Positions 18,607 through 29,232 are shown, numbered from the stretch's first letter. The stretch: 64,000 bases of DNA from Bryobacterales bacterium (GCA_963422375.2 OY729428.2:928001-992000); one strand, 5' to 3'. Translations and numbers: made by a program. The notes: generated by a model from the sequence alone, not told the origin.

Positions 18607-20100
18607 CTACAGCTCCGGGACCGGGTCGTCGGCCCCGACGTCCTCGCCCTCCCAGGTCACGCGGCCGCCCTCGTAGGTCAGGACCCGCGCTCGGCTGCCG
18701 GGCGCCGGCGGCAGGTCCCCGACGGGCAGGAAGCGCCTGTGCTCGGCGACAACTTCGGCGTATCGTGGATCGCCGGCGAGGTTGTCGAATTCCTGCGGGT
18801 CGCTCTGCATGTCGTAGAGCTCCTCGCTGCCGTCCGCATAGACGATGTAGCGCCATCTCTCGGAGCGGACGCCGTGGTTGCCCGCGTTGTGCGTGGTGAT
18901 GGCGGGCCATTCGCGGGGCGCGGCGGCGTTCCGCAGCTGCGGCAGGAGGCTGTGCCCCTCGAGGCCCTCCTGCGCGGGCAGGCCCGCGAGATCGATCAGC
19001 GTCGGGTAGATGTCCAGCAGCTCGGCCGGGCTCGTGACCCGGGCCCCTGCCGACACGCCGGGGCCCGCGAAGATCAGGGGCACGCGGGCCGAGCGGTCCC
19101 ACAGCGTGTTCTTACCGGTGATGAGCTTCTCGCCGAGATGCCAGCCGTGGTCGGACCACAGCACCACCACGGTGTCCTCGGCGTGGCCGCTCGCGTCGAG
19201 CGCGTCGATCAGGCGCCCGACCTGGCTGTCGACGAAGGAGATCGAGCCGAGATACGACGCGACGAGGTTGCGCCACTCGCCGGCTTCCTCGAGGAACTTC
19301 AGCCGCGGCTCGGGCAGCTTCCAGTGCAGGTACCAGCTGAAGCGCGGCGTGTCCTCGCGGTCGTCGCGCCGGACGGCCGGCAGCGCGACCGAGTCCTTGG
19401 GGTACATGTCGTACCACTTCTGCGTCACGTAGCACGGCACGTGCGGCAGGAAGAACCCGGCAGCCAGGAAGAACGGCCGCTCCTGCGGGCCCTTGAGAGA
19501 CCCTTGCAGCTGCTCGACGGCCCACGAGGCCACCGCCCAGTCGCCCTTGTCCTCGTCCTCGTGCGGAAACGTGCCCCAGTCCATCAGGGCATGCCCCGAC
19601 GGGGAATGCACCAGAGGCTCGTCCGGGCGCGCGCCGACGCCCGCCCGGGGGCCGAGCACCTGGAACTCGCTGTCGCCCTCGTCGCGACCGTAGCGCCCGT
19701 GGTAGATCTTGCCTGTCGAGTACGTGGCGTAGCCCTGCCGCGCCAAGTACTGCGGAAGCGTCTCGATATCCTTCAGGGTCTCGACCTCCCGGAACCACGG
19801 CGCCAAGCCGTAGATACCGGTACTCGAGGGCCGACGGCCGGTCAGCAGGCTCGTCCGGGCCGGGTTGCAGAGCGGAGCTTGGGTGTGGGCGTTGTAGAAC
19901 GTCGTGCCCCTCGCGGCGAGACGGTCCATGTGCGGCGTGCTGACTTGGGGATGGCCCTCCAGCGGCCCCACCCAGTCGTTGAGGTCGTCGATGGCGATGA
20001 ACAGGATGTTGGGCGGCGCCTGCGGCCCCTCCTCGGCGCACGAGGCGAGCGAGACCGTGCAGAGGATCGCGCCGCAAAGCGCTCGGGAATAGCTCGTCAT
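18607..20100 (-). CDS. Sulfatase (choline/iduronate sulfatase-like), probable lipoprotein
   Basis: PNILFIAIDDL, FGly motif CNPARTSLLTG, SDHGWHLGEK; LASC lipobox. Confidence 0.92.
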   Translation of the reverse strand: MTSYSRALCGAILCTVSLASCAEEGPQAPPNILFIAIDDLNDWVGPLEGHPQVSTPHMDRLAARGTTFYNAHTQAPLCNPARTSLLTGRRPSSTGIYGLAPWFREVETLKDIETLPQYLARQGYATYSTGKIYHGRYGRDEGDSEFQVLGPRAGVGARPDEPLVHSPSGHALMDWGTFPHEDEDKGDWAVASWAVEQLQGSLKGPQERPFFLAAGFFLPHVPCYVTQKWYDMYPKDSVALPAVRRDDREDTPRFSWYLHWKLPEPRLKFLEEAGEWRNLVASYLGSISFVDSQVGRLIDALDASGHAEDTVVVLWSDHGWHLGEKLITGKNTLWDRSARVPLIFAGPGVSAGARVTSPAELLDIYPTLIDLAGLPAQEGLEGHSLLPQLRNAAAPREWPAITTHNAGNHGVRSERWRYIVYADGSEELYDMQSDPQEFDNLAGDPRYAEVVAEHRRFLPVGDLPPAPGSRARVLTYEGGRVTWEGEDVGADDPVPEL

Positions 20101-20169
20101 GGCCGGATTGTGGCACACCGCGGCGCGTCGCGGGCGGTCGCCCGGCCAGGTCGCGGCCCGGCGGGTACG

Positions 20170-20967
20170 ATGAAATCTCCTCCGATGAACGGGGCTGCTC
20201 AGGAATTCTCGAAGCTGCTGGGGATCATGCGCACTCTGCGCGCTCCCGGCGGGTGCCCGTGGGACCGCGAGCAGACGCTGGCCAGCCTCCGAGCCTACGT
20301 GGTCGAGGAGACCTACGAGGTCCTCGACGCAATCGACCGCGGCGACTGGGAGGGCTTGGCCGAGGAGCTCGGCGACCTGCAGCTGCAGATCGTCTTCCAA
20401 GCGGAGATCGCGAGCTCGGAAGGCCTGTTCGATGTCGAGCAGGTGCTCCGAGGCATCAACGCCAAGCTGGTGCGGCGCCACCCGCACGTGTTCGAGTCGG
20501 AATCGCTCGGCACGCCCGAGGCCGTCACCAAGCGCTGGGAGGAGATCAAGGCCGAAGAGAAGGCCTCCCAGCCGGGCCGGGGCCTGCTGGACGGCGTGGC
20601 ACGGAACCAGCCCGCCATGCTCGAGGCCCGCCAGGTCGGCAAGGCCGCCGCCAAGGCGGGATTCGACTGGCAATCGTTCGAGCAGCTGGGCCGGAAGCTC
20701 GACGAGGAGTTCCGCGAGGCCTGCGAGGCGCAGCGCGGCGGCGACCCGGACCGGATCGAGGACGAAGTGGGCGACCTGCTGTTCATGGCGGTCAACGTCG
20801 CCCGCTTCGCCGGGGTGGACCCGGAGCTCGCGCTGAAGCGGGCCAACGCCAAGTTCCGCAAGCGCGTGGGAGCGATGGAGAGAGACCTCGCGAAAACGGG
20901 CCGCGGGTTCGCCGACTGCACCCGGGACGAGCTGGAATCGTCATGGCAGCGCGCCAAGAAGGACTAG
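20170..20967 (+). CDS. mazG: Nucleoside triphosphate pyrophosphohydrolase MazG
   Basis: GCPWDREQT, EETYEV, EELGDL, KLVRRHPHVF and EDEVGDLLF motifs. Confidence 0.96.
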   Translation: MKSPPMNGAAQEFSKLLGIMRTLRAPGGCPWDREQTLASLRAYVVEETYEVLDAIDRGDWEGLAEELGDLQLQIVFQAEIASSEGLFDVEQVLRGINAKLVRRHPHVFESESLGTPEAVTKRWEEIKAEEKASQPGRGLLDGVARNQPAMLEARQVGKAAAKAGFDWQSFEQLGRKLDEEFREACEAQRGGDPDRIEDEVGDLLFMAVNVARFAGVDPELALKRANAKFRKRVGAMERDLAKTGRGFADCTRDELESSWQRAKKD

Positions 20968-21680
20968 GGAGGATCGAGATCCGGGCGCTCGGGTCGCTGA
21001 GGGAATTCCAAGCGACGCTGCGCCTGCAGCAGCAGATCTGGGGCTTCGACGAGGTTGACACCGTCGCGCCGCGGCTGTTCGCCGTGTTCGCCCGCATCGG
21101 CGGCTCGTGCCTCGGCGCCTACCTGGACGGCAGCCTGGTCGGCTACGCCCTGGCGTTCGCCGCGATCAAGCCCGACCGCCGGCCGTACTGGCACAGCCAC
21201 ATGGCGGGCGTCGACCCGGCCTGCCAGGACCTGGGCATCGGCTACCGGCTGAAGCTGCGGCAGCGCGAGGAGGCGCTGGCCGCCGGCCTAGGCCTGATCG
21301 AATGGACCTTCGACCCGCTGCAGGCGCGCAACGCGTACTTCAACATCGAGAAGCTGGGCACGGCCGTGGAGGCGTACCTGCCCGATTTCTACGGCATCAC
21401 CTCAAGCGAGCTGCACGGCGCTCTGCCCACGGACCGCCTGATGGCGGCGTGGCACCTGCGCGACCCCGTCGTGGTCCGGCGACTCGCCGGGGAGCGGCCG
21501 CTCCTGCATCGCGGCGCGGTCCGGATCGAGGTTCCGAAGCGGATCGCGGACGTGCCGCAAACGCGCGCGACGGCAATCCAAGAGCGCGTGCGCTCGCAGT
21601 TCTCCGCAGCCTTCCGGCAAGAGCGCCGCGTCGCGGCCTTCGAGCGAACCGGGGACGGCGGGATCTACCACCTCCTGTGA
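20943..21680 (+). CDS. GNAT family acyltransferase
   Basis: SHMAGV...GIGYRLKLRQRE, EWTFDPLQARNAYFNIEKLG and PTDRL motifs; overlaps the mazG 3' end. Confidence 0.88.
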   Translation: MAARQEGLGRIEIRALGSLREFQATLRLQQQIWGFDEVDTVAPRLFAVFARIGGSCLGAYLDGSLVGYALAFAAIKPDRRPYWHSHMAGVDPACQDLGIGYRLKLRQREEALAAGLGLIEWTFDPLQARNAYFNIEKLGTAVEAYLPDFYGITSSELHGALPTDRLMAAWHLRDPVVVRRLAGERPLLHRGAVRIEVPKRIADVPQTRATAIQERVRSQFSAAFRQERRVAAFERTGDGGIYHLL

Positions 21681-21721
21681 GCGCCGGCTCCCGCGCCGGG
21701 CTCGGAGTAGGATAGAAGCTC

Positions 21722-22588
21722 GTGGCCGAGTTCCCCGTCGCCGTCATCACGGACGAGTTCTCGCAAGACCTCGAGCGGGTCTGCGCCACCGCGGTCGAGC
21801 TCGGAGTCCCGGAACTCGAGATCCGCACCGCCTGGGGCAAGAACGTGCTGGCTATGGCGGACGACGAGGTCCGCCGCGTGAAGGAGACCGCCGACCGCCA
21901 CGGTCGGCGGATCGTGTGCGTGGCCTCGCCTGTCTACAAGTGCGTCCTGCCAGACGGCGGCGACATCGACGAGCGCTTCCAGCACGACGCGTTCCAAGCG
22001 TCGTACGCGTTCGACGAGCAGCCCGGCCTGCTCGAGCGCGCCTTGGAGATAGCCGCGCGACTCGAGGCGCCCTTCGTGCGCGTGTTCAGCTTCTGGCGCA
22101 CGGTCGAGCCCGAGCGGAATCTCGAGCGAATCCTGGAGATCCTGCAGGGCGGCGGCGAGGTCGCGCGACGCGCGGGCGTCACGCTCGGGCTCGAGAACGA
22201 GCCCGCCTGCCATCTCGCCACGGGCAGGGAGGTGTCCGTCGCGGCTAGGCGGCTGGATCCCTCGGCCTTCGGCATCGTCTGGGATCCCGGCAACGCCCGG
22301 GCCTGCGGCGAGCGGGCGTTCCCCGACGGGTTCGCCCACATCCCGGTCGAGAGGATCTGCCACGTCCACGCGAAGGACTTGACGTTCGACCCGCAATCGG
22401 GGGCGCTGCGATGGTGCAACATCGGCGAAGGCGAGGTGGGCTGGTCCGCGCAGCTGGAGGCCCTAGCCCAAGCCGGCTACAGCGGCTCGGTGAGCCTGGA
22501 GACGCACTGGGGCGGGCCTGGAGGCGACAAGTACCTCGGGACTTCGATCTGCGCGAGAAGCCTCGCGCGGCTCGTGGCAGCGGCCTAG
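21722..22588 (+). CDS. Sugar phosphate isomerase/epimerase (xylose isomerase-like TIM barrel)
   Basis: LENE, WDPGN, HVHAKD and SLETH metal-binding motifs. Confidence 0.88.
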   Translation: MAEFPVAVITDEFSQDLERVCATAVELGVPELEIRTAWGKNVLAMADDEVRRVKETADRHGRRIVCVASPVYKCVLPDGGDIDERFQHDAFQASYAFDEQPGLLERALEIAARLEAPFVRVFSFWRTVEPERNLERILEILQGGGEVARRAGVTLGLENEPACHLATGREVSVAARRLDPSAFGIVWDPGNARACGERAFPDGFAHIPVERICHVHAKDLTFDPQSGALRWCNIGEGEVGWSAQLEALAQAGYSGSVSLETHWGGPGGDKYLGTSICARSLARLVAAA

Positions 22589-22591
22589 GCG

Positions 22592-24673
22592 CTACTCGTC
22601 GTCGTCCTTGCCGGTACGCTCGCGCTTCGCGGCCTCGATGACCTTCTCGGCGATCTGGGCGGGCACGAAGTCGTAGTAGCCCGACTCCATAGAGAACGAC
22701 CCGCGGCCCTGCGTCATCGAGGTGAGGTCGTTCGCGTAGGCCAGCATCTCCGCCATGGGGACGTCGGCGCGGATGACTTGGGTCGTCCCTCTCGAGTCCA
22801 TGCCTTGGATGCGGCCCCGGCGGCCGTTCAGGTCTCCCATGAGGTCGCCGGCGAATTCCATCGGCGCGACGATCTCGACCTTCATGACCGGCTCCAGCAG
22901 GGCGGGCCGGGCACCGGCCATCGCCAGCTTGAAGGCCTTGCTGCCCGCGAGCTTGAAGGCCAGCTCGGACGAGTCCACGTCGTGGTACGACCCGTCGTAG
23001 AGGGTCACCTTGAAGTCGACCACGGGATATCCGGCGAGATAGCCCCTCTGCGCCGATTCGCGAATGCCCTTCTCAACCGCGGGAATGTAGGTCTTGGGAA
23101 TCGCGCCGCCGAAGATCTCGTCGACGAACTCGAACTCGAGGCCGCGCTCCAAGGGAGCCACCCGGATGCGGCAGTCGCCGAACTGGCCGTGCCCGCCGGT
23201 CTGCTTCTTGTGCCGACCGTGCACGTCCGCCGTGCCGCGGATGGTCTCCCGGTAGGGAACTTTCGGCGGGCGCAGGTCCACGTTGACGCTGTAGCGCCTC
23301 CGGAGCTTGCTGCAAACGACATCGATGTGCTGCTGGCCGCTGCCCGCGAGCAGGAACTCTTGCGTCTCCGGGTCCCGGTAGAAGCGGAGCGACGGATCCT
23401 CCTCAAGGACCCGCGTAACCGCCCCGCTGAGGCGGTCCTCGTCCTGGCGCGTCCGCGGCTGGATCGCGTAGGAGATGGAAGGCGCCGCCAAGCTGGCGCG
23501 GGGGAACTCGAACGGCCGTTCCTCGAGTCCGAGACTGTCGCCGGTCGCGGTGTCCTTCAGCTTCGCCACGCCTCCGATGTCGCCGGCGCGAATCGCGGCG
23601 ACGGGGCTGAGCGTCTTGCCCTGCGCCACGCTGACGCGAGCGAACTTCTCGCTGTTGCCGGAGCGGTGGTTATGCACGACGGCATCCGTGCGGAGGACGC
23701 CGGCAGCGACCCGGAAGTAGGTCACCCGACCGGAGAAGGGGTCGGAGCTCGTCTTCCAGACGTACAGCGCGAGCGGCCCGCTGTCGCTGATCTCTACCGG
23801 TCCGGACTCCGCGGGCAGCTCGCCTCGGTCCTCGGCGGACGGGGAAGCCTCGACGAGGAAGTCAAGCAGCCGGTCGATGGCCATGTTGTGCAAGGCGGAC
23901 CCGCACAGCAGGGGAATGACCTCGCCTCCCGAAACGGCTCTCCTCAGACCGTCGAGGAGCTTGTCGCCCTCCAGCGTGCCCTCCTCGAAGTACTCGTTCA
24001 TCAAGTCCTCGTCCGTCTCGGCGACGGCCTCGATCAGGCCCGTACGGGCCTCCTCGACCTCGTCGTCCATGTCACCGGGCACCGGCACCTCCCTGCCCCG
24101 GCCGTTGCCGTCGAGGTCGTACTCGTAGGCCGTGCCGGAAACGAGGTCGATCACGCCGCGATAGCCCTTCTCTCGACCGAGGGGCAGCTGCACCGGGACG
24201 GCGGTCACGCCGAACACTTCCCGGGCCTGCTCCGCGACGGCGGAGACCGACGCTCGCTCCTTGTGCATCTTGTTAACGAAGAGGATCTTCGGCAGGCCGT
24301 ACTCGGTGGCGAACGCCCAGCACTTCTCCGTCTGGACCTCGATGCCGTTGACGGCATCGACAACCACTAGGGCCGTGTCGGCGGCGATCAGGGCGGCCTT
24401 GGCGTCATTGATGAAGATGTTGTAGCCCGGGGTGTCGAGGAGGTTGACCTTCGCCCCGCCCCATTCGGCGACCGCGACTGCCGTGGAAATCGAGACCTTG
24501 CGCGAGACCTCCTCCTCGTCGTAATCCGTGACCGCGTTGCCGTCGTCGACCCGCGTAAGCCGAGTCGTCGCGCCGGCCGTGTAGAGCATGGCCGACGCCA
24601 GTGTCGTTTTGCCGCAATCGCCGTGACCGACGATGCCGACGTTTCTCACGTCCGCGCCAGCGTATACCTTCAT
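22592..24673 (-). CDS. fusA: Elongation factor G paralogue (EF-G2 type)
   Basis: GHGDCGKT, DTPG, KKQTGGHGQF, GSYHDVDSSE and LLEP motifs; not in an str operon. Confidence 0.9.
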   Translation of the reverse strand: MKVYAGADVRNVGIVGHGDCGKTTLASAMLYTAGATTRLTRVDDGNAVTDYDEEEVSRKVSISTAVAVAEWGGAKVNLLDTPGYNIFINDAKAALIAADTALVVVDAVNGIEVQTEKCWAFATEYGLPKILFVNKMHKERASVSAVAEQAREVFGVTAVPVQLPLGREKGYRGVIDLVSGTAYEYDLDGNGRGREVPVPGDMDDEVEEARTGLIEAVAETDEDLMNEYFEEGTLEGDKLLDGLRRAVSGGEVIPLLCGSALHNMAIDRLLDFLVEASPSAEDRGELPAESGPVEISDSGPLALYVWKTSSDPFSGRVTYFRVAAGVLRTDAVVHNHRSGNSEKFARVSVAQGKTLSPVAAIRAGDIGGVAKLKDTATGDSLGLEERPFEFPRASLAAPSISYAIQPRTRQDEDRLSGAVTRVLEEDPSLRFYRDPETQEFLLAGSGQQHIDVVCSKLRRRYSVNVDLRPPKVPYRETIRGTADVHGRHKKQTGGHGQFGDCRIRVAPLERGLEFEFVDEIFGGAIPKTYIPAVEKGIRESAQRGYLAGYPVVDFKVTLYDGSYHDVDSSELAFKLAGSKAFKLAMAGARPALLEPVMKVEIVAPMEFAGDLMGDLNGRRGRIQGMDSRGTTQVIRADVPMAEMLAYANDLTSMTQGRGSFSMESGYYDFVPAQIAEKVIEAAKRERTGKDDDE

Positions 24674-25048
24674 TGCACCTTGTCCCGAAATCGACGGATC
24701 GGGCGGCCGGGACCCTTGCCCGGAATACCCTCGCGAGGCGGTCGCGCACTATGGGGCGACGACCCTAGGGCATCAGTATATCGAACGGCTCCGCCCCCGA
24801 AGACGGTCGAGAAGCGCGGGGGTGTCGCCTATCGCGTGACGCGAGCGGGTCGAGCGGGCGGATTCACGCCGCGGGCCGAGTCCCTGCGCGCGCTCGAGGG
24901 CGGTCCCGCCGGAGGCACGATGGCGCGCTCCCCCTCGCGGGCGGAGAACCGTGACCGCACGGCCCGGGCTGCGGGCGCGCGGCGGCGGGGCTTCCCCGTC
25001 GGGACCGCATCGATCCGCAGCGCAGCGCGCGGCCGTGCCGCCGGGAAT

Positions 25049-26527
25049 CTACGGAGAGCTGTATTCGAGCCATGTCGAATAGGAGTGGCCTCGGGAGCCC
25101 GTGTACTTGTAGGTGTCGAACACCCCCGCCTCTCCCAGCGCCCGCGGGTCCCCGTCGGCCTCGAGGCGCGCCTGGAGCTCGGCCCGGAGATCCTTCTTGA
25201 CCGTCGCGAGGGCCGGGTCATCGGCCAAGTCATGGACGCAGTCCCTGTCGCGGTCCACACGATAGAGTTCCTCAGCAGGGCGCTTGCCGAACGACAGGCG
25301 GTAGTTGTCGTCGAAACGTCCGACCAGCCGGCTCTTTGTCGGGCTGCCATCGCAGTTGCGGTAGCCGGTCTCCGGATTGCCCGCGGGCCATCGGTCGGGC
25401 TCGTAGTTCCGCACGTAGAGATACTCGGGCGTCCGGATCGCCCGGACCGGGTAGCCCCAGTCGTTCGGGCGCCCGAGGTCGTGACGCTCCTTGCCCACTA
25501 GCATTCGGTTGCGGTCCGGATCGATCCAGCCCCCCTCGTCCGAGTCGAGAATGCCGGCGAAGCTGCTGCCCGTCATGGAGTCGGGAACTTCCACGCCCGC
25601 GACTTCCAGGATGGTCGGAGCGAAGTCCCTGACGTTGATGAAGTCCTCGACGGTGCGCCCTTCGCGGCCGCCGCCCCAGCGAACCGCCAGCGGCAGGTGG
25701 AATCCGTACTCGTATATCTGCCCCTTGACCCGGGGGAACGGCATGCCGTGGTCGGAGGTCGCGATGACCAGCGTGCTGTCGAGTTCGCCGATCTCCTCTA
25801 GCTTGGCGAGAATGCGGCCCAGATGGGTGTCGAACCATTCCGACTCGACGGCGTAGTCCGCCAAGTCGCGACGGATCGTCACGTCGTCAGGGTAGAAGGC
25901 AGGCAGGTCGACGTCCTGGTGGCGCTTCCCGCTGATCGCCCCCGCCCCGTCCTGGAAGGCCCTGTGGGGCTCGTGGGTACCGAACCAGAAGCAGAACGGC
26001 TGGCCCGGCTCGCGGCCTTCGAGAAAGTCCTCGAAGTTCCCGGCATAGTCCTTGTTGGACATGCTGCGGAAAGGCGGCTCCAGGGTGTGCCTGGCGTATT
26101 CCGGGCCGGCCGGGTTGCGGGCGAATCCGCCGGCCTTGTAGTCGCCGGGTCCCCAGCCCTTGCCCGTGTACCCGACCCGGTACCCGGCCTTCTCGAGCAG
26201 GTCGGGAAAGACCTCCCAATTGGCTGGAAACACCCCGAAGTGGTTGACGGCCTCTTCGAGCTGCCACGTGTTCCGCCCGGTGAGGATGCTCGCTCGGCAG
26301 GGCGAGCACTTGGGATTGGAGGTGAAGCAGTTGGCGAGGAGAACCCCTTCCGCGGCGAGTCGGTCGAACGCGGGCGTCTCGACCCAGGTACAACCGTAGG
26401 CTCCTGCATGGGGCCACCCCCAGTCGTCTGCGATCGCGAACAGGATGTTGGGGCGTTTCGCCTGTGCAACAACCGGCAGGGCGGCGGTCGCGCCGAGCGT
26501 CGCGGAAAGCAGGTCCCGTCGAGTCAT
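25049..26527 (-). CDS. Tat-exported sulfatase (N-sulfoglucosamine sulfohydrolase-like)
   Basis: MTRRDLL Tat signal; PNILFAIADD, CSPCRASILTG and SDHGMPFPR motifs. Confidence 0.9.
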   Translation of the reverse strand: MTRRDLLSATLGATAALPVVAQAKRPNILFAIADDWGWPHAGAYGCTWVETPAFDRLAAEGVLLANCFTSNPKCSPCRASILTGRNTWQLEEAVNHFGVFPANWEVFPDLLEKAGYRVGYTGKGWGPGDYKAGGFARNPAGPEYARHTLEPPFRSMSNKDYAGNFEDFLEGREPGQPFCFWFGTHEPHRAFQDGAGAISGKRHQDVDLPAFYPDDVTIRRDLADYAVESEWFDTHLGRILAKLEEIGELDSTLVIATSDHGMPFPRVKGQIYEYGFHLPLAVRWGGGREGRTVEDFINVRDFAPTILEVAGVEVPDSMTGSSFAGILDSDEGGWIDPDRNRMLVGKERHDLGRPNDWGYPVRAIRTPEYLYVRNYEPDRWPAGNPETGYRNCDGSPTKSRLVGRFDDNYRLSFGKRPAEELYRVDRDRDCVHDLADDPALATVKKDLRAELQARLEADGDPRALGEAGVFDTYKYTGSRGHSYSTWLEYSSP

Positions 26528-26719
26528 GTCCCGTAGAATAGCCGAGCGTCGCGGCAGCGGTCGCGTCGGAGCGTGTCCGCCCGCTGGCGGTCTGGAGGAG
26601 GCCAGATTCGATTCGCGGAGCTGCCAGAGGTTTGCATTGTGAACACAGGTCTGGCAGAATAGTGCGCCCGTTCGCATCGCGCGGGCGATTCGCGCAGCTT
26701 CAAGGAAGGACCCATTTGA

Positions 26720-27397
26720 ATGAACGGTCAGGAAGACGGCCGGGCGGGCGCTACCTCCGGGGGCGACGGTCTCAGCGATACCCAGAGGGAGAGAATCCGG
26801 GCCGACGAAGTTCGCGCCGACGAGGAGCGGAGGTACCGGGAAAGCGTGCGCCGAGACATTCGCCGGGAGGGGCGGGGCGATTCGATGTGGGACCGCATTG
26901 TCGCCGTGCTGAAGCTTGAGCCAGCGATCTTTGAAGCGGTCGCGGCGGACACGAGCGCTACGTGGCAGGCCGTCGGAGTCTTTGCGCTTGCGACCGTGGT
27001 CGGCTCTCTGCTGACGGCCTTTGTCATACCGGTCTTCGGCGTGCTTCTCATACCGCTCATCGTCGTGAGCGCCTTCATCGGCGTACTGGTCCACACCCTA
27101 GTGGTTCGCCTGCTTTCGATGCTCTTCGCCGACAGCTTGCCGCCCTACTCGGCTTGGTTGCGAGCGATGCTATACACCGTGCCACCTACGGCCTTCAATG
27201 TCATCCCTATGGTCGGGTGGTTCGTTAGCCCCGTATATGTATTCGTCCTGCAAGTTGTCGCAATCCGGCAAGTGGCTCGAATCTCCACCGGCAAGGCCCT
27301 TGTAGTGCTCTTGCTTCCGTGGGCAGTGTTGGGCCTGCTGGTCGCTCTTTTTGGCATGGCGCTCGTCGTAGCCCTCCTCGGCGAAGCGACTAGTTGA
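26720..27397 (+). CDS. Yip1-family membrane protein
   Basis: Charged N-terminus followed by about 5 TM helices; pattern ...VAIRQVARISTGKAL. Confidence 0.7.
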   Translation: MNGQEDGRAGATSGGDGLSDTQRERIRADEVRADEERRYRESVRRDIRREGRGDSMWDRIVAVLKLEPAIFEAVAADTSATWQAVGVFALATVVGSLLTAFVIPVFGVLLIPLIVVSAFIGVLVHTLVVRLLSMLFADSLPPYSAWLRAMLYTVPPTAFNVIPMVGWFVSPVYVFVLQVVAIRQVARISTGKALVVLLLPWAVLGLLVALFGMALVVALLGEATS

Positions 27398-27603
27398 GGG
27401 GCGTATCGAGCCGGGACCGGCTTGGAATCGCGTAGACCAACCTCGCGCGCGGCAAGAAGATCGCCACAGCGAGCCATCGCCGTGGCGTTGATTGGGCCGG
27501 GCGCGGCCATACAACCGCTGGGCTGCATGCCGGGGACTTCGAATCCGGCGCAAGCACGCTCCAAGGGCGTCGTCCTGCACGGTCCGCGGTGCAGTCGCTA
27601 AGA

Positions 27604-28080
27604 TTAGCGGTCGGATGGACGCTCGACAATTCCGAACAAGTTGCCGCCATGCTTCCCGCCCCACCACATCCCGGCGTACGAATCGCGATAGAAAGCGACT
27701 CGTGCGGTATAGGTCCCCATGCCGGGAATGCCCAGATCCGTAACGCCCACAACCGGGGTGTCCCCGGCCCATGTCAGCTGCACCGGAACTGGCACGGTCA
27801 CATCGGTCTCCCCGAACCGGATCCGCGCATGAAACGTCCAAAGGTCACCGGCGCGCTTGACCACCCTGTCAATCTCGTAGCGCTCGGAACGCAGCCGGAG
27901 GCCCGGGGCATCGCCGCCTCCGTCGCCATCATTTACAGGGAACAAGGTGAAGTGTCCCACGAGCACGGCACCGGCCATCGATTCCTCGAACTGCCGTTCG
28001 AGAGCCTGCTGCTCTTCCGTTGTGATCGGACTGGACCAGCAGCCGAGGGCAGGTAGCAGCGCTAGAATCGCGACTCGCAC
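27604..28080 (-). CDS. Hypothetical exported protein
   Basis: Signal peptide; WAGDTPV and GTYTARV..Y...YAGMW motifs of a family I recall from Planctomycetes/Acidobacteria. Confidence 0.7.
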   Translation of the reverse strand: MRVAILALLPALGCWSSPITTEEQQALERQFEESMAGAVLVGHFTLFPVNDGDGGGDAPGLRLRSERYEIDRVVKRAGDLWTFHARIRFGETDVTVPVPVQLTWAGDTPVVGVTDLGIPGMGTYTARVAFYRDSYAGMWWGGKHGGNLFGIVERPSDR

Positions 28081-28595
28081 GCTTCCACTCTAGCCGACTG
28101 GGACCGAGGACTCCAACCGTCTCGCCGAGATCCCGGAACATCGCCAGCGGATGGACCCGATTCAGCGCGTGGAGCCTAGACGGTGCCACCCGAGCTTGTA
28201 TTGCCAACCAAGGTCGGGAGCCTCCTCGACCACCGGACTGGCGAAGTCAAGCTGCCGCGACTGCGTACCGCCGTAGCCTCGCCGTCACGATCCTCGCAGC
28301 GACCGAAGGGCCCCGGCCCTGATTCCGAGGAGCCCGTCACACTCAACGAGGGAACGCGACCGGGCGACGACCCTCGGTGCGACCACCGAGGACAGCTCCC
28401 TCCACTGCGCGTCCCGTTCGTGACCGCCGAGTCCCTCGTCACAGCCGTCACCATCCAGGGCGTGATACGGTGTCTACGCAAGAGCCTTGCTCTGGCTACA
28501 CGATTCATGTACCATGGGAATCAGGGCACGAATCTCCTGCAGTCGAAGCGTCCCTCGCACTCGATTCAGAATGATGCATCTAGAGACGGCACAGC

Positions 28596-29229
28596 ATGAC
28601 TCCGCGCCGTGAACTGCCTAGCCTTCGATCAGTTCGAAGCGTGCAAGCCCCTCCGTCAGAAGTTGACGTTCATATCCAAGGGATTCGCTGTTTTGCTGAA
28701 GAGCAGGTTGGACACCTCGGACGGATCACTCTTCTAGTTGGCGAGAACAGCACGGGAAAATCTCCGTTCCTTGCTGCCATTTCTATGCTCTCGGACTTAC
28801 TTAGACCAGATTCCATTGACTTCAATCGCCAGCCATTTGTCCTGGGATCTTATCATGATATTGCCACTATTCAGGCCAACACGTCCGGACATGTACTAGA
28901 ATTCTCCGTCGGAATAAGTGGAATACCATTTGCATCCACGAGCTCAGGCGGCATTCATTAGTTTCTTGGTTGATCAGACTGACGGATCTGATCAGAATTA
29001 TGTCGTCGAGACACACAGTGATCAAATAATTGACCGATTGCGGATTGAAAGCAGAAGGCGTAAGCTTGATCCATCGGCTTTTTCATTGCTCTATTTTGAG
29101 CACGGAGACGACGGAGCAAGAATCTATCAAATCAAGATGGATGACATGGGAAATCTAACAAAAGCCCCAACTTCCTGCCGGAACTTATTCCTGCACGAGG
29201 AGTATGTCGTACTAGGCATTGACAGTTAG
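28596..29229 (+). pseudogene. ABC/AAA_21-type ATPase with DUF3696-like C-terminus, internally deleted and frameshifted
   Basis: N-part has Walker A LVGENSTGKS. C-part, in another frame, starts at E-Y-HLHPRAQ and has the VETHSD H-loop. The middle, including signature and Walker B, is missing. AT-rich. Confidence 0.8.
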
Positions 29230-29232
29230 AAT

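Noticed and set aside
24674..25048. GC-rich intergenic region with a 9-bp inverted repeat (gcggtcccg/cgggaccgc)
   Set aside because: Expected by chance at this GC content; no known RNA motif.
28100..28595. ORF 28183..28599 beginning PPELVLPTKVGSLL, faintly like a leucine-rich repeat
   Set aside because: Only one degenerate unit; the rest is not protein-like.
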